Shown here: one piece after another, positions 36,701 through 47,320 of the stretch
Layout of the letters: each line of letters opens with the position of its first letter
Numbering within the stretch: position 1 is the stretch's first letter
Assembly (NCBI GenBank): GCA_030390025.1
Contig: CM059453.1
Coordinates: forward strand, 7,068,001 to 7,132,000
Reading direction: 5' to 3'
DNA: 64,000 bases
From: Squalus acanthias
Taxonomy: Eukaryota
The notes under the pieces: generated by a model
The model's input: the letters and a program-made list of their open reading frames with translations, nothing else
Databases searched by the model: none
What the model was told of the DNA's origin: nothing
Position numbers and translations under genes: made by a program

Positions 36701-39700
36701 CTGTATCCGCTCTATGAAAGCCTTTCATAATTTTAAAGACATCTATTAGTTCACCCCTCAGCCTTCTTTTTTCAAGAGAAAAGAGACCCAGCCTATTCAT
36801 CCTTTCCTGATATGTATACCCTCGCATTTCGGCAATCATCCTTGTAAATCTTCTCTGCAGCCTCTCAAAAGCTGCTATATCATTTTTATAATATGGTGAC
36901 CAGAATTGCACGCAGTTCACTTAGTGTTGTCTAACCGAGGTTCGATACAGGTTCAGCATAACTTCCCTACTTTTCAATTCTATCCGTCTCGGAATAAACC
37001 CTAGTGCTTGGTTTGCTTTAGTTATGGTCTTGCTAACCCGTGGCGCAATTTCGCTAGGGCGGTAGTCAGGAATCTACAATTTCCCTCAGCAACCATGTGT
37101 AAGTGATGGGAAGGTCCACCGTAACTATTCTGGGAGAAATGGCCACTTGGTTGATGTACCGGAGGAATAGAACCTTACACGGGAAAACATGCAACTCTTC
37201 AAATCCTTCAAGATAAGAGGGGAAATAATTCTTATTTTTGAAATATGTTAACATCCAGTGCGTAAAAGTCATGAACTGCATTTTGAATTTATAGTTTACA
37301 AAATACCCACCATATCTTACTTTAACATTCTTCTTTAGTTGTCACCTAAATTGTTTTATTTTCCTCATCCGCACTAATAACTACATTTAGAACCAATGGC
37401 CTCATCCCTTCCAGATGGCCCACAAAAACCAGCCATCAATTCCTCTATAGCGGCAGTGGAAGGGAGCTCTTTATTATTAAACTGCACGGCCCGGGGGACC
37501 ATACCGGGCAACTTAACCTTGGTCCTAAATGGTGAAGAGATCAGCAGGTCTTCCACTGGGGAACTGAAGCAGATATTCCACAACATTAGTTCTGAAGATA
37601 ACGGTGAATATTGGTGCGCGGCTGAAAATAACTTGGGAAAAGCGAACAGCTTCACACAGATTTCTGTGCAATGTAAGTGCTGTGTCAACCTATCAAATAT
37701 ATATTCGGACATCATCCGTCTTACAGTGATTAGGCATCGGTGTTTCTCCCCCAGTGTTCATACAGCTGTCTTAAAACCCGTCAGTAATATTGCCTGAAAT
37801 GTCAGAAAAAGAAGGGTTCTTGAACCAAATTCATTGAGTAAAAGACACTGTTAAAAAACAACAGGAGACCCCAGTAGACAACTCCAGGTAGAATGCATCT
37901 CTGACTGGCTAAAACCAACTGAATGAATATGTGGGATGTGCAAAGGCAAAATATCTGTAGGGCGGACTGAACCCAGCGGCCCTGAATCATAGAGTGATAG
38001 AAATTTACATCACAGAAGCAGGCCATTCGGCCCATCTTGTCCGTGCCGGCCGACAAAGAGCTATCGACCCTAATATCACTTTCCAGCGATTGCTCCTGTA
38101 GGTTGCAACACTTCAAATGCATATCCAAGTATTTTTAAATGTGAGGAGTGTTTCTGCCTCTACCACCCTTTCAGGCAGTGAGTTCCAGACCCTCACCACA
38201 CTCTGGGTGAAAAAAATTCTCCTTAAATACCCTCTAATCCTTCTAGCAATTACTTTAAATCTATGGCCCTGGTTATTGACCCTTCTGCTAAGGGAAATGA
38301 GTCCTTCGTATCCACTCTATTAGCCCCCTCATACTTTTATACACATAAATTAGGTCTCCCCTCAGCCTCCTCTGTTCCTAAGAAAACAACCTCAACCTAT
38401 CCAATCTTTCCTCACAGCTAAAATTCTCCAACCAAGGCAACATCCTCGTAAATCTCCTCTGCACCCGCTCTAATGCAAAAACATCCTTCCTGTAATGTGG
38501 TGACCAGAACTGCATGCAGTATTCTAGCTGCGGCCTAACTAGTGTTTTATACAGTTCAAGCATAACCTCCCTGCTTTTATATTCTATGCCTCGGCTAATA
38601 AACGCAAGTATCCCGTATGCCTTCTTAACCACCTAATCTACCTGTCCTGCTACCTTCATGGATCCTTGGACATGCACTCCAAGGTCCGTCTGATCCTCTG
38701 CACTTCTCAGTGTCCTACCATTTATAGTGTATTCCTTTGCCTGTTAGCCCTCCCTAAATGCACTACCTCACACTTCTCCAGAATGAATTCCATTTGCCAC
38801 TGTTCTGCCCACCTGACCAGTCCATTGATATCTTCTTGCAGTCCACCGCTTTCTTCTTCATTCTCAACCACACGGACCAATTTTTGTATCATCTGCAAAC
38901 TTCTTAGTCATACTTCCTACATACAAGTCCAAATCATTGATATATACCAGAAAAAGCAAAGGACCCAGTACTGAGCCTTGCGGAATCCCACTGGAAACAT
39001 CCTTCCAGCCACAAAAACACTGAAGTGCAGGAACATTTTAGTCCAGCACAAAGGTAGAAATTTATAGCGTTAAATAAAGACAAAATCTGAACAGAAGTTA
39101 ATGAAATGTTTAGCAGAAATTACATGTTGGAGTAGTTTGTCAGGTTTGTTTACGAGATTGTAACTCGGAAATCCTCACAATATAAAAGCATAAGAACATA
39201 AGAATTATGAGCAGGAGTTGGCCATTCGGCTCCTCGAACCTGCTCCGCCATTCATTCAGGTCATGGCTGACCTTGGACATCAACTCCACTTCCCGCCCGA
39301 TCCCCATATCCCTTTCTCTCCCAAGAGTCCAAAAATCTAACTTTCTCATCCTTGACTATAATCAACGTCTCAGCATCCACAGCGCTTTGGGGTGGAAAAT
39401 TCCATATATTCACAAACCTCTGAGTGAAGAGATTCTTCCTCATCTCAGTCAGAAGAAGATAAGAACATAAGAAATAGGAGCAGGAGTAGGCTATACAGCC
39501 CCTCGAGCCTTGCTCCAACATTCAATAAATCATGACTGATCATCGACCTCAACTCCACTTTCCTGCCCGATCTCCATATCCCTTGATTCCATATTATTCC
39601 AAAAATCTACCTGTCTCTGCCTTTTATACATACTCAAAGACTCAGCATTCACAGCCCTCTGGGGCAGGGAATTCCAAAGATTCACAACCCTCTGAGTGAA

Positions 39701-42700
39701 GAAATGTCTCCTCATCTCAGTCGTAAATCGCCTACCCCTTATCCTGAGACTGTGACCCCCGGTTCTAGACACACCAGCCTGGGCGAAACATCCTCTCAGC
39801 ATCTGAACTGTCTTTCCCCTTCGGAATCTTCCATATTTCAATGAGATCACCTGTCATTTTTCTAAACTCCTTTCTCCACCCATACTGATTATATTTCCAG
39901 ATCTTCCGAGCCGAGATCATTTTTCTCTACTGTCCATATGTTATCCTTTATAATCAGGGCTACTCCCCCTCCTTTTCCATTCCGTCGGTCTTTTTGAAAC
40001 GTCAAGCACTCTGGAACATTTAGTTCCCAACCTTGGTCACCTAGCAACCACGTCTTTGTAATGGCTATTAGATCAAACCCATTTATCTCTATTTGTCCCA
40101 CAAGTTCATCTATCTTGTTACGAATGCTTCGTGCTTTCAGATAAAGAACATTTAATTTTTTTTTACCATTATTACCTGCTTTGACCTTATTCTCTGCTGA
40201 ACTGCTCGCGTTAAACTCTCTGTCCCTTCCTGTCACACTCTGCTAATATTTACCCAAATCACTACACTGCTCTATTGCCTTGACCTTGCTTTTTAGATTT
40301 CTAAATTTCCCCTCACCTGACCCCTCCCCCTTATTTAGTTTAAAACCCTATCTACAGCCCTAGTCAAGACGCTTGTCCCAGCCCGATTTAGGTGGAGCCC
40401 TTCCCGAGGGAACAGCTCGCTCTTTCCCCAGTACTGATGCCAGTGCCCCATGAATTGATATCCCTTCTTCCAACACCACATTCTGAGCCAAGCATTTACG
40501 TTTCCGATCTGCTTGACCCTATGCCAATTTGAACGTGGCTCAGGTAGTAAACCAGAGATTATTACCCTTGAGGACGTGCTTAATAACTTAGACCATAGCA
40601 CCTCGAACTCCCTCAGCAGAAATAATTATTTGTTCTACCTCGGTCGCTGGTTCCTACATGGACCACGACAACTGCATCCTCCCCCTTCCACTCCAAATTC
40701 TTCTCCAGCCGTGAGGAGATATCCTTAACCCTGGTATCAGGCAGGCAACACAGCCTTCGGGACTCTCTTTCACAGCTGCAGAGAACAGTATCTATCCCCT
40801 GACTATACTGTCCCCTAATACTATCACATTCTTACTTCTCCCCACACTTGGATGGCCCCCTGTACCACAGTGTCGTGGTCAGTTTTCCCATACTTCCTGC
40901 AGTCCTTTTCCTCATCCTTACAGGTAGCAAGTACCTCGTACCTATTGGACAAGGCCCAGGGCTGAGGCTCATCCACCACTACATGCTGGGTCCCCATACC
41001 TTCCTGACTCGCAGTCATACCTTCATTTCCTGACCACTGACGAACTCTAATGTAGTACTGAACCGAAAGGGTGTTACTGCCATCTGGAACAAAGTGTCCA
41101 GGTAATTCTCCCCCTCCCTGATGCATCGCAATGTCTGCAGCTCGTACTCCAGCTCAACAATTCTGAGCCGAAGTTCCTCGAGTTGCAGACACTTACTGCA
41201 GATTTGGTTGGTCAGAATCGTGATGCACTCCAGAGAATTTCACATGCTGCAGTTGTGACACACCAGCTGCCCCGCCATCTCAAACCTTGTTTTATTTATT
41301 AATTCATTAGTGAAAGGTTTTATTCAATCAATATTTTAGTTTTATTGTTTGATTATTTTATCTAGTCTAAGTTATCAATTTATAAAGTATTGGAAGTTAG
41401 AATTTCTCAGCTCTTAATTTATTGCCTTCCCTAACTTAGAGAGCAAAAAAGAGCTTAAATATTCACCAACCAATCAGCTACCTGCTCTCCTGTGACGTCA
41501 CTCTGATTTATTGTAGTTTAGAATCGGAGGCTCGCCGCTGCCGCTGTTCTAAATGGCCGATCCCTCATCCTGAGATTATGCCCCCTAGTTCTAGATTCCC
41601 CCACGAGGGAAAACAGCCTCTCAGCATCTACCCTGTCAATCCCCCTCAGAATCTTATATGTTTCAATCAAATCAGCTCTCATTCTTCTAAACTCTGGAGA
41701 GTATAGGCCCAATCTACTCCATCTCTTCTCATAGGACAACCCTCTCATCAAACATGTTGCTCCAGGAAATATATGGATTAATTGACTCCTCATTGGCTCG
41801 ATGTAATTTCATGCCTCAGTTATTGCCTTGCTAGAATTTAGGGGAAAGGAAAGCCTGACGAAGCATTAAATGAATGCAACATTAACTGGTTCTAAAAAAA
41901 ACTCGTTATGTGCAGTGACCTCTCTGCTTAATCGAAACGCCGAAATTGGTTCTATTTAGACACTGCAAACTGCTGTATGGAAACTATCTCAAGCTGGCTT
42001 CTCTGTTTTCAGATAAACCCACAATAGTATCAGGCCCGACCTGCACCAGCTCTGAGGGTGGGGTTCATTGTATCTGCAGTGTCAGAGCCAACCCCCCAGC
42101 AAACATCACCTGGGGCATCAATGGGAGGAACATCACTGCGAACAGTTCAGATATCAATATCCTCTGCTCGGAGTTGAAAAGTCACCTGGTGCAGAGCTCC
42201 CTGACACTGACTCAACCAACTGGAACTGATCTCCTGATCTCATGTTTTGGAGTAAACGAGCATGGCATTACTGTCGGAAAATATCAGCTCCAATCTGAAG
42301 GTATATATTGCATTTTACTGTAATTTAATTACTGCGAATGTTTCTGTCCATCACCTGTCAGTGACTAACTCAACGGTGTTAGTGTCAGCATGTTCCAGTT
42401 CCACTGAGCTGAAATATCATTCTTATCTGCAAAGTAGGACTGAATCCAATTTTAATTTCAGTAGTGTTTGGGACTGGTTCATGACTGAGAGCTACCTCAC
42501 TGAAAGTTACGATGGGAATAATTCATGTGAAGTTTAGAGTCTGGTATCTGAATTTGATTATTGTCGCCTTGTTTTTGTGAAGATAGGAGGGATAATATAA
42601 AACACTCGAAGCAGCGTGTGATCTTTCATAAAATAAACCCTTCTGACTTAGTGACACACTCGATGAAATCATGTTTCCTCTCATTGTATCGGTAGTGGGG

Positions 42701-44262
42701 TACAGTCGATCAGTTCAACATTTTTTCACAAATATTTCAGCCTACTGCCGGTTTTGTTGTCCTGATGATATTCTGAAAGAACTACACAGTGCGATAACAC
42801 TGACAATGGAGCCAGGAGAACTTCGATAACGGAAAGAGCCGGTTATAGACTGAATTAACTTATCGGATAGCAAGCGAGCAGATCCGAGTATGCGGCGTGG
42901 ATTGATGCAGTCTCTCAGGGAGACTGCGATATTTAATGGTTTGAAGAAGAGCAGGGGAGTTACCTCTGGTGCCCTGGCCAATATTTATCCCTAAACCAAT
43001 AACACAGAATCAGATTTATCTGCTGATTTACTTTATGGCTGTTTGTGGGATCTTGCTGTGCGCAATTTTGCGGCAACGTTCCCTACATTACAACGGTGAC
43101 TACACTTCAAAAGTACTTCATTGTCTGTAAAGCGCTTTGAGACGTCGGCTAAAGCGCTATATAAAAACAAGTTCATTTTGTTCTTAACAGCTTCCCGTAC
43201 ATGCTGTTAAATGTTATGTTGAATCTTGGTATAATCTTAGAGAAATAATGAAGAGCACGGTTTTTTTTTTATATTTTAGGATCATTTTGGAGAATTGTCA
43301 TGCCAATCAGAGCCGCCGTCGCAGTTCTCATTCTGATTGGCATCATTGTCTTGGTGACGATAGAGATTGATTCACACAGGTATGGCTCATATTACTTATA
43401 CTCGTGCTTTAATAAGACAGATTTCAAAAGGGCGGGACATCAGAATTTAAGCCCATGAGCAAATATTGCTTAATGTAATTTACCCCAGATATCATTGACC
43501 CTGAATCTCAGCGAAGAGTTGACAAGGGAAGGCTTGCTGGAGTTCAGGTGTCTTGTGAAGGGAAAGTAGGGGAATGTCAGAAGTTCAGCGTCCCATGTCT
43601 GGTCTTTCACTTCAGAGTTCAAAGATTGTAGATCAAGGGCCAGTGCAGAAATTAGGTGCAAAATCTAGTCTGTCACTTGAGCGGAGGCGCCGTATTTCAT
43701 ACCAGACAATTTAAGCTGAACACGGTTTGGCAGCTCAAAGCTCCCGTGGCCATATTGGCGGAAGACCTCATGACTCAGGAGTCCATAAAATGCTCCACAG
43801 AACCATTGCTGGACACGAAAGGGCAAATTCCGGTGCATTTTTAAGACTTGGCGGAAATTGCTATGGTTATTCTGCACCAGTAGAGGCCGCTCGCTTAGCA
43901 TCCATAAAATGCTCAGTGAACACTGAATTTGTCAAAGCAGATCAAGATAGATATATCCAGCTTCATCAGATAGAGATAATGCTTTCTTTGGAATTAGGAA
44001 AGTGTAGAGATAGAACAGAAACGGGAATTAAATTTGGTCGCAGCCAATCAGGAAACATTAACAAGAACGAGTTACTATAGTGCGCCCCATGTGGTTCAAC
44101 ACAGGGACACTGGGTGGTGTATTGAAGCGAATTATCTGTAATTAGGAGACGTGAATCATTTGTATTTTCTGTTTCAGGAAGAAGACAAATATACATGTCG
44201 GGGTCTCTCCTGCAGACAAGGATGCAGCGATTTACTGTGTGTTGCAGAACCCAATGAACTGA
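33782..44262 (+). CDS. Siglec-like receptor gene, copy 2. Exons: L 33782-33824, V 34219-34599, [Ig2 35405-35716 dead], Ig3 37415-37672, Ig4 42013-42300, TM 43280-43379, cyt1 44178-44262. Either a pseudogene or a 384-aa Ig2-skipped isoform
   Basis: ATG and all other splice sites are canonical, and the V domain keeps YYFR. Ig2 has lost its AG and has TAA at 35521. Cyt1 reads [28 protein letters not shown]. Confidence 0.7.
34219..34599 (+). CDS. Copy 2 V-set Ig exon, with the essential Arg (AGA 34524-26)
   Basis: ccag|TT GTT CAT...[13 protein letters not shown]...CSLHI...DAGDYYFRV...G|gtaag. The C-strand Trp is CGG (Arg) at 34341. Confidence 0.9.
35405..35716 (+). pseudogene. Copy 2 Ig2 exon, inactivated
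   Basis: The acceptor reads cctTATT|ataaac versus cctTACAG|ataaac in copy 3. TAA at 35521-23 and Trp->Cys. Confidence 0.88.
36005..37050 (-). mobile_element. CR1 3' fragment interrupted by a SINE
   Basis: Minus ORF 36651-36920 is CR1 ORF2 C-terminus and continues on the other side of the SINE. Confidence 0.9.
36284..36652 (+). mobile_element. V-SINE (HE1-like), 5'-truncated, with CR1-derived tail
   Basis: V-domain core ggagtttgcacattctccccgtgtctgcgtgggtttcctccgggtgctccggtttcctcccacagtccaaa and tail ggccgaatggcctactcctgctcct...(ttctatgt)n. Confidence 0.88.
37415..37672 (+). CDS. Copy 2 Ig3 exon (open)
   Basis: ccag|ATGGCCCA...[15 protein letters not shown]...T|gtaagt; 258 nt. Confidence 0.9.
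37985..41750 (-). mobile_element. CR1 cluster orthologous to 21830-25580 (3' fragments, ORF1 esterase, ORF2 endonuclease start)
   Basis: [13 protein letters not shown]...DLIAIT.TWL...GGGVALII (39889-40236), plus esterase and RT fragments. Confidence 0.9.
42013..42300 (+). CDS. Copy 2 Ig4 exon (open)
   Basis: ttttcag|ATAAACCC...[15 protein letters not shown]...GAA G|gtatat; 288 nt. Confidence 0.9.
42810..43175 (+). mobile_element. Deu-domain SINE, ortholog of 26640-27005
   Basis: Same sequence, with tail aaagcgctatataaa. Confidence 0.7.
43280..43379 (+). CDS. Copy 2 transmembrane exon
   Basis: [34 protein letters not shown], with canonical AG/GT. Confidence 0.85.
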
Positions 44263-44263
44263 G
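44178..44263 (+). CDS. Copy 2 cytoplasmic exon 1 with ITIM-like AIYCVL; TGA at 44260-62, one base before the donor
   Basis: ttttctgtttcag|G AAG AAG... Its phase matches the TM exon, it supplies the basic juxtamembrane RKK, and the donor is G|gtaagt. Confidence 0.75.
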
Positions 44264-44649
44264 GTAAGTGAGGAGATGGAATGTTGAGACCATTGTCTGG
44301 GATCACATTACAGACACATCCAAGGGTTAAACAGATGTTATATGTACTGGTTTGACGGTGTTTTTAAAGGGTGGAATGGCCTCTTCACCCCATGAACAGG
44401 GAAATGTTGCACAGGCAATTGTGTGCATTGATCGGGCAAATGGGATCATGGACATTTTCTCAGGTCTGGACTTATTTTGAAATGAGTCGGTCTAAAATAA
44501 CACCTTCCCAATGTCATTAGACACATTAACCAGAGTAATGAATACTCCCCGATTATATTATCTCTTGCAGTTAAAATTCTAAACACATAATGTGAGGCCA
44601 GAGCAGGGCCAAATCGCATCACATTTCTACAGCATTTTTGCATCTTCCT

Positions 44650-45130
44650 CCATGTGTCTTGGTGTCAGTTTGGCTGATTTGGTAGCGCGCACTCTCTGAG
44701 GCTGAAGGTTGTGGTTTGCGACCTCACATCACGATTTGAGCCTTTCAGCTCGCGTGTGACTCCGGTGTTGTACTCCGGGCGTGCCGCATTGTTGGAGCTG
44801 CGGCATTTCTGATATACCGAGGCTCTTCGCCAGCTCGATGTTCTCAATGTCATGCGCTGTGAGAGGGACAGGACAGACTCCTCCACACATCTTAATCCCA
44901 GACCCAGGCTGCCTGTTCTAGTAGTTCAGGTGTATGTTAGAAATCTCATGCACTACTGCAAGAAGAATAGGGATTGCGCCACACGTGGTGGTTAGAACTC
45001 CTCCAAAGCCAGCAAATTGTGACTGCTTGGCCATTGATCTCATTTGCTGTTTGCAGTCGCTTGTTGGAAGCAGGTTTACTGTAGCACGCCCATTGTAATG
45101 CATTGGGTAGAAGGTGTTGCTGTCCTGCTA
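44650..45130 (+). mobile_element. Old tRNA-derived (Deu-type) SINE, degenerate
   Basis: A/B-box-like head (tggctgatttggtagc...ggttgtggtttgcgacc) and a degenerate Deu core. Confidence 0.45.
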
Positions 45131-45269
45131 ATTCGCCAGATGAATACCTAAAACTTTTTTAGTTATCTGATGGTTTTTCTTTACCCAGGGGCTCATCGAC
45201 ACTTGTAATAATTTATCGGCTCTTGTGATGAGTGCGAATTCGCTGCAACAATTCAAAAAGAAACTGGAC

Positions 45270-45725
45270 CAACATAAGAACATAAGAAACAGGGGCAGGA
45301 ATAGGCCAATTGGCTCCTCGAGCCTGCACCGCCATTCAATAAGATCATGGCTGATCTTGGGCTCAAAGCCACTTCCCCACCCGTTCCCCATAACCCTTCA
45401 ATCCCTTATCTTGCAAAAATCTGTCTATTTCCACCTTAAATGTATTTGATGACCCAGCCTCCACAGCTCTCTGGAGCAGAGAATTCCACAGATTTACGAC
45501 CCTCTGAGAGAAGAAATTCCTCCTCATCTCAGTTCTAAAAGGGCGACCCTTTATTCTGAAACTATGTCCCCGAGTTCTAGATTTCCCCACGAGGGGAAAC
45601 ATCCTCTCTGCATCTACCTTGACGATCCCCGCCAGTATCTTATATGTTTCAATAAGATCACCTCTCATTCTTCTAAATTCCAATGAGTATAGGCCCAACC
45701 TGCTCAACCTTTCATCATAAGTCAT
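45270..45725 (-). mobile_element. CR1 3' fragment
   Basis: [29 protein letters not shown] and tail aacataagaacataagaa. Confidence 0.9.
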
Positions 45726-46173
45726 TAGGACGAATTCCTTCCTTGGGCTAATATCAGTGTATACAAATCTTAGGTGGGATGTTGGGTGATCTACCTCATG
45801 GACACTGTTATCCCCTTGGAACTCGTTTTGTTCATCTTCGGGGTCGCAGAAGAATTTTGCAGATTCCTGAATTGGCCGAGTGCTATTTACATATTTTTGG
45901 CTCCCGCGAGAGGTTGCATGGTGGTGAGAGGGAATATTGCCGTCATGATGCATTGTTGCGTCTTGACTCTTTTGGATAGGCTCATTGGCCAGTCGATTAT
46001 TTCCTGTTCGTCTTTTCAGACGTCTATATTTTCCAAAGCTCAGAATGCGTCCCTCACTGAGTGAGAACAATTAAAAATAATCAGAGAAGCGAGAAAGAGG
46101 GCTATTCTTGTACAGGAAGTGCCCTCACACCTTGTCTCTTGCTCCCTATCTAACCCCCTCCATTCTGTTGCAG

Positions 46174-46470
46174 AGACAAGACCAGTACAGAAATATTGCT
46201 ATCAGATGGTCTACATCCAACAATCATCGCAAAGTCTAGAGGGTCTACACGCAATCGATGAATGTTTGAAGTCTTCACAAACATGAAAGATATCCCCAGA
46301 AGGAGGAGTCCAGTGAATACACCGCGATTAAGTTTAAATCAAATCCAGTGGGATTTAATCCATTTGGACAGTTGGAGCTCATCAATATCTCAACACAACT
46401 GGTTCATCAGATAGAAAAGAACCTCACATTCCAGGGATTGCTGAGAAAATGCGCATATTTCGCAGATTAA
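46174..46470 (+). pseudogene. Degenerate terminal cytoplasmic exon with the Siglec-like distal motif SEYTAI (46312-46329)
   Basis: Acceptor cattctgttgcag at 46173. One frame reads EESSEYTAIKFK, but it has upstream stops and is out of phase with cyt1. Confidence 0.5.
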
Positions 46471-46944
46471 TTGTTAGCATTTTTAAATTCTGCTTGTTGC
46501 TTTTTAAATTTACAATCCCGCACATGTTTTCATTCAAACCACATGTCTGAAATGCTGTGGGCTTTAAAGGTCCGAGTAACTTTGAAACAGTTTTTGATGT
46601 GCTTTAATGGAATAGCAGTCTTCATGAGTAATGTTAACAGTGTTTTCATTGCAGAGATCCCTCTGCTACATTCATAGACAACCCTGGAGGTCAACGATGA
46701 ACCACTCTATCGTCAGATGGATTAGTTTGTCAGCCTCTGCCAGCCCAGGATAATAAACCTTCACATCGCAGTATCAGTTTCCAGCAGTTTCCTATACAAC
46801 ACCCGGACTTTTATCAACCTATTTTCAATTCCAGAAGAGACATTCAGAATCAGGGTGCAATGTAAGCAAAAACATTACAAAGAATGGATCTGGGTATTTT
46901 GTCAAGTATTGCTGCACGCATTAGATTCCGCCCGTTATCAAACT

Positions 46945-47320
46945 GTACAGAACATAAAAACATAAGAAATAAGAGCAGGGGTAGACCATTCGTCCCCTCG
47001 AGACTGCTCCGCCATTCAATAAGATCATGGCTGATCTGAACTTCGATCTCAACTCCACTTCCCTGCCCGCTCCCCATAACCCTTGACTCCCCTATTGTTC
47101 AAAAATCTGTCTGTCTCCACCTTAAATATATTCAATGACTCCGCCTCCACAGCTCTCTGGGGCAGATAATTCCAAAGCTTCACGACTGAGAGAAGAAATT
47201 CCTCCTCATCTCCGTTTTAAATGGGCGACATTTTATTCTGAATCTATGACCACTAGATCTAGATTCCCCCTCTAGGGGAAACACGCTCTCTGCTTCTACC
47301 CTGACAAGCCCCCTCAGAAA
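46945..47320 (-). mobile_element. CR1 3' fragment
   Basis: Reverse-complement CR1 tail (aacataagaa...ccgccattcaataagatcatggctgat). Confidence 0.85.

Noticed and set aside
45363-46070. 235-aa minus-strand ORF
   Set aside because: The C-terminal half is CR1 ORF2 and the N-terminal half has no recognisable family. It is most likely a chance fusion, although an AG acceptor-like site exists near 46060.
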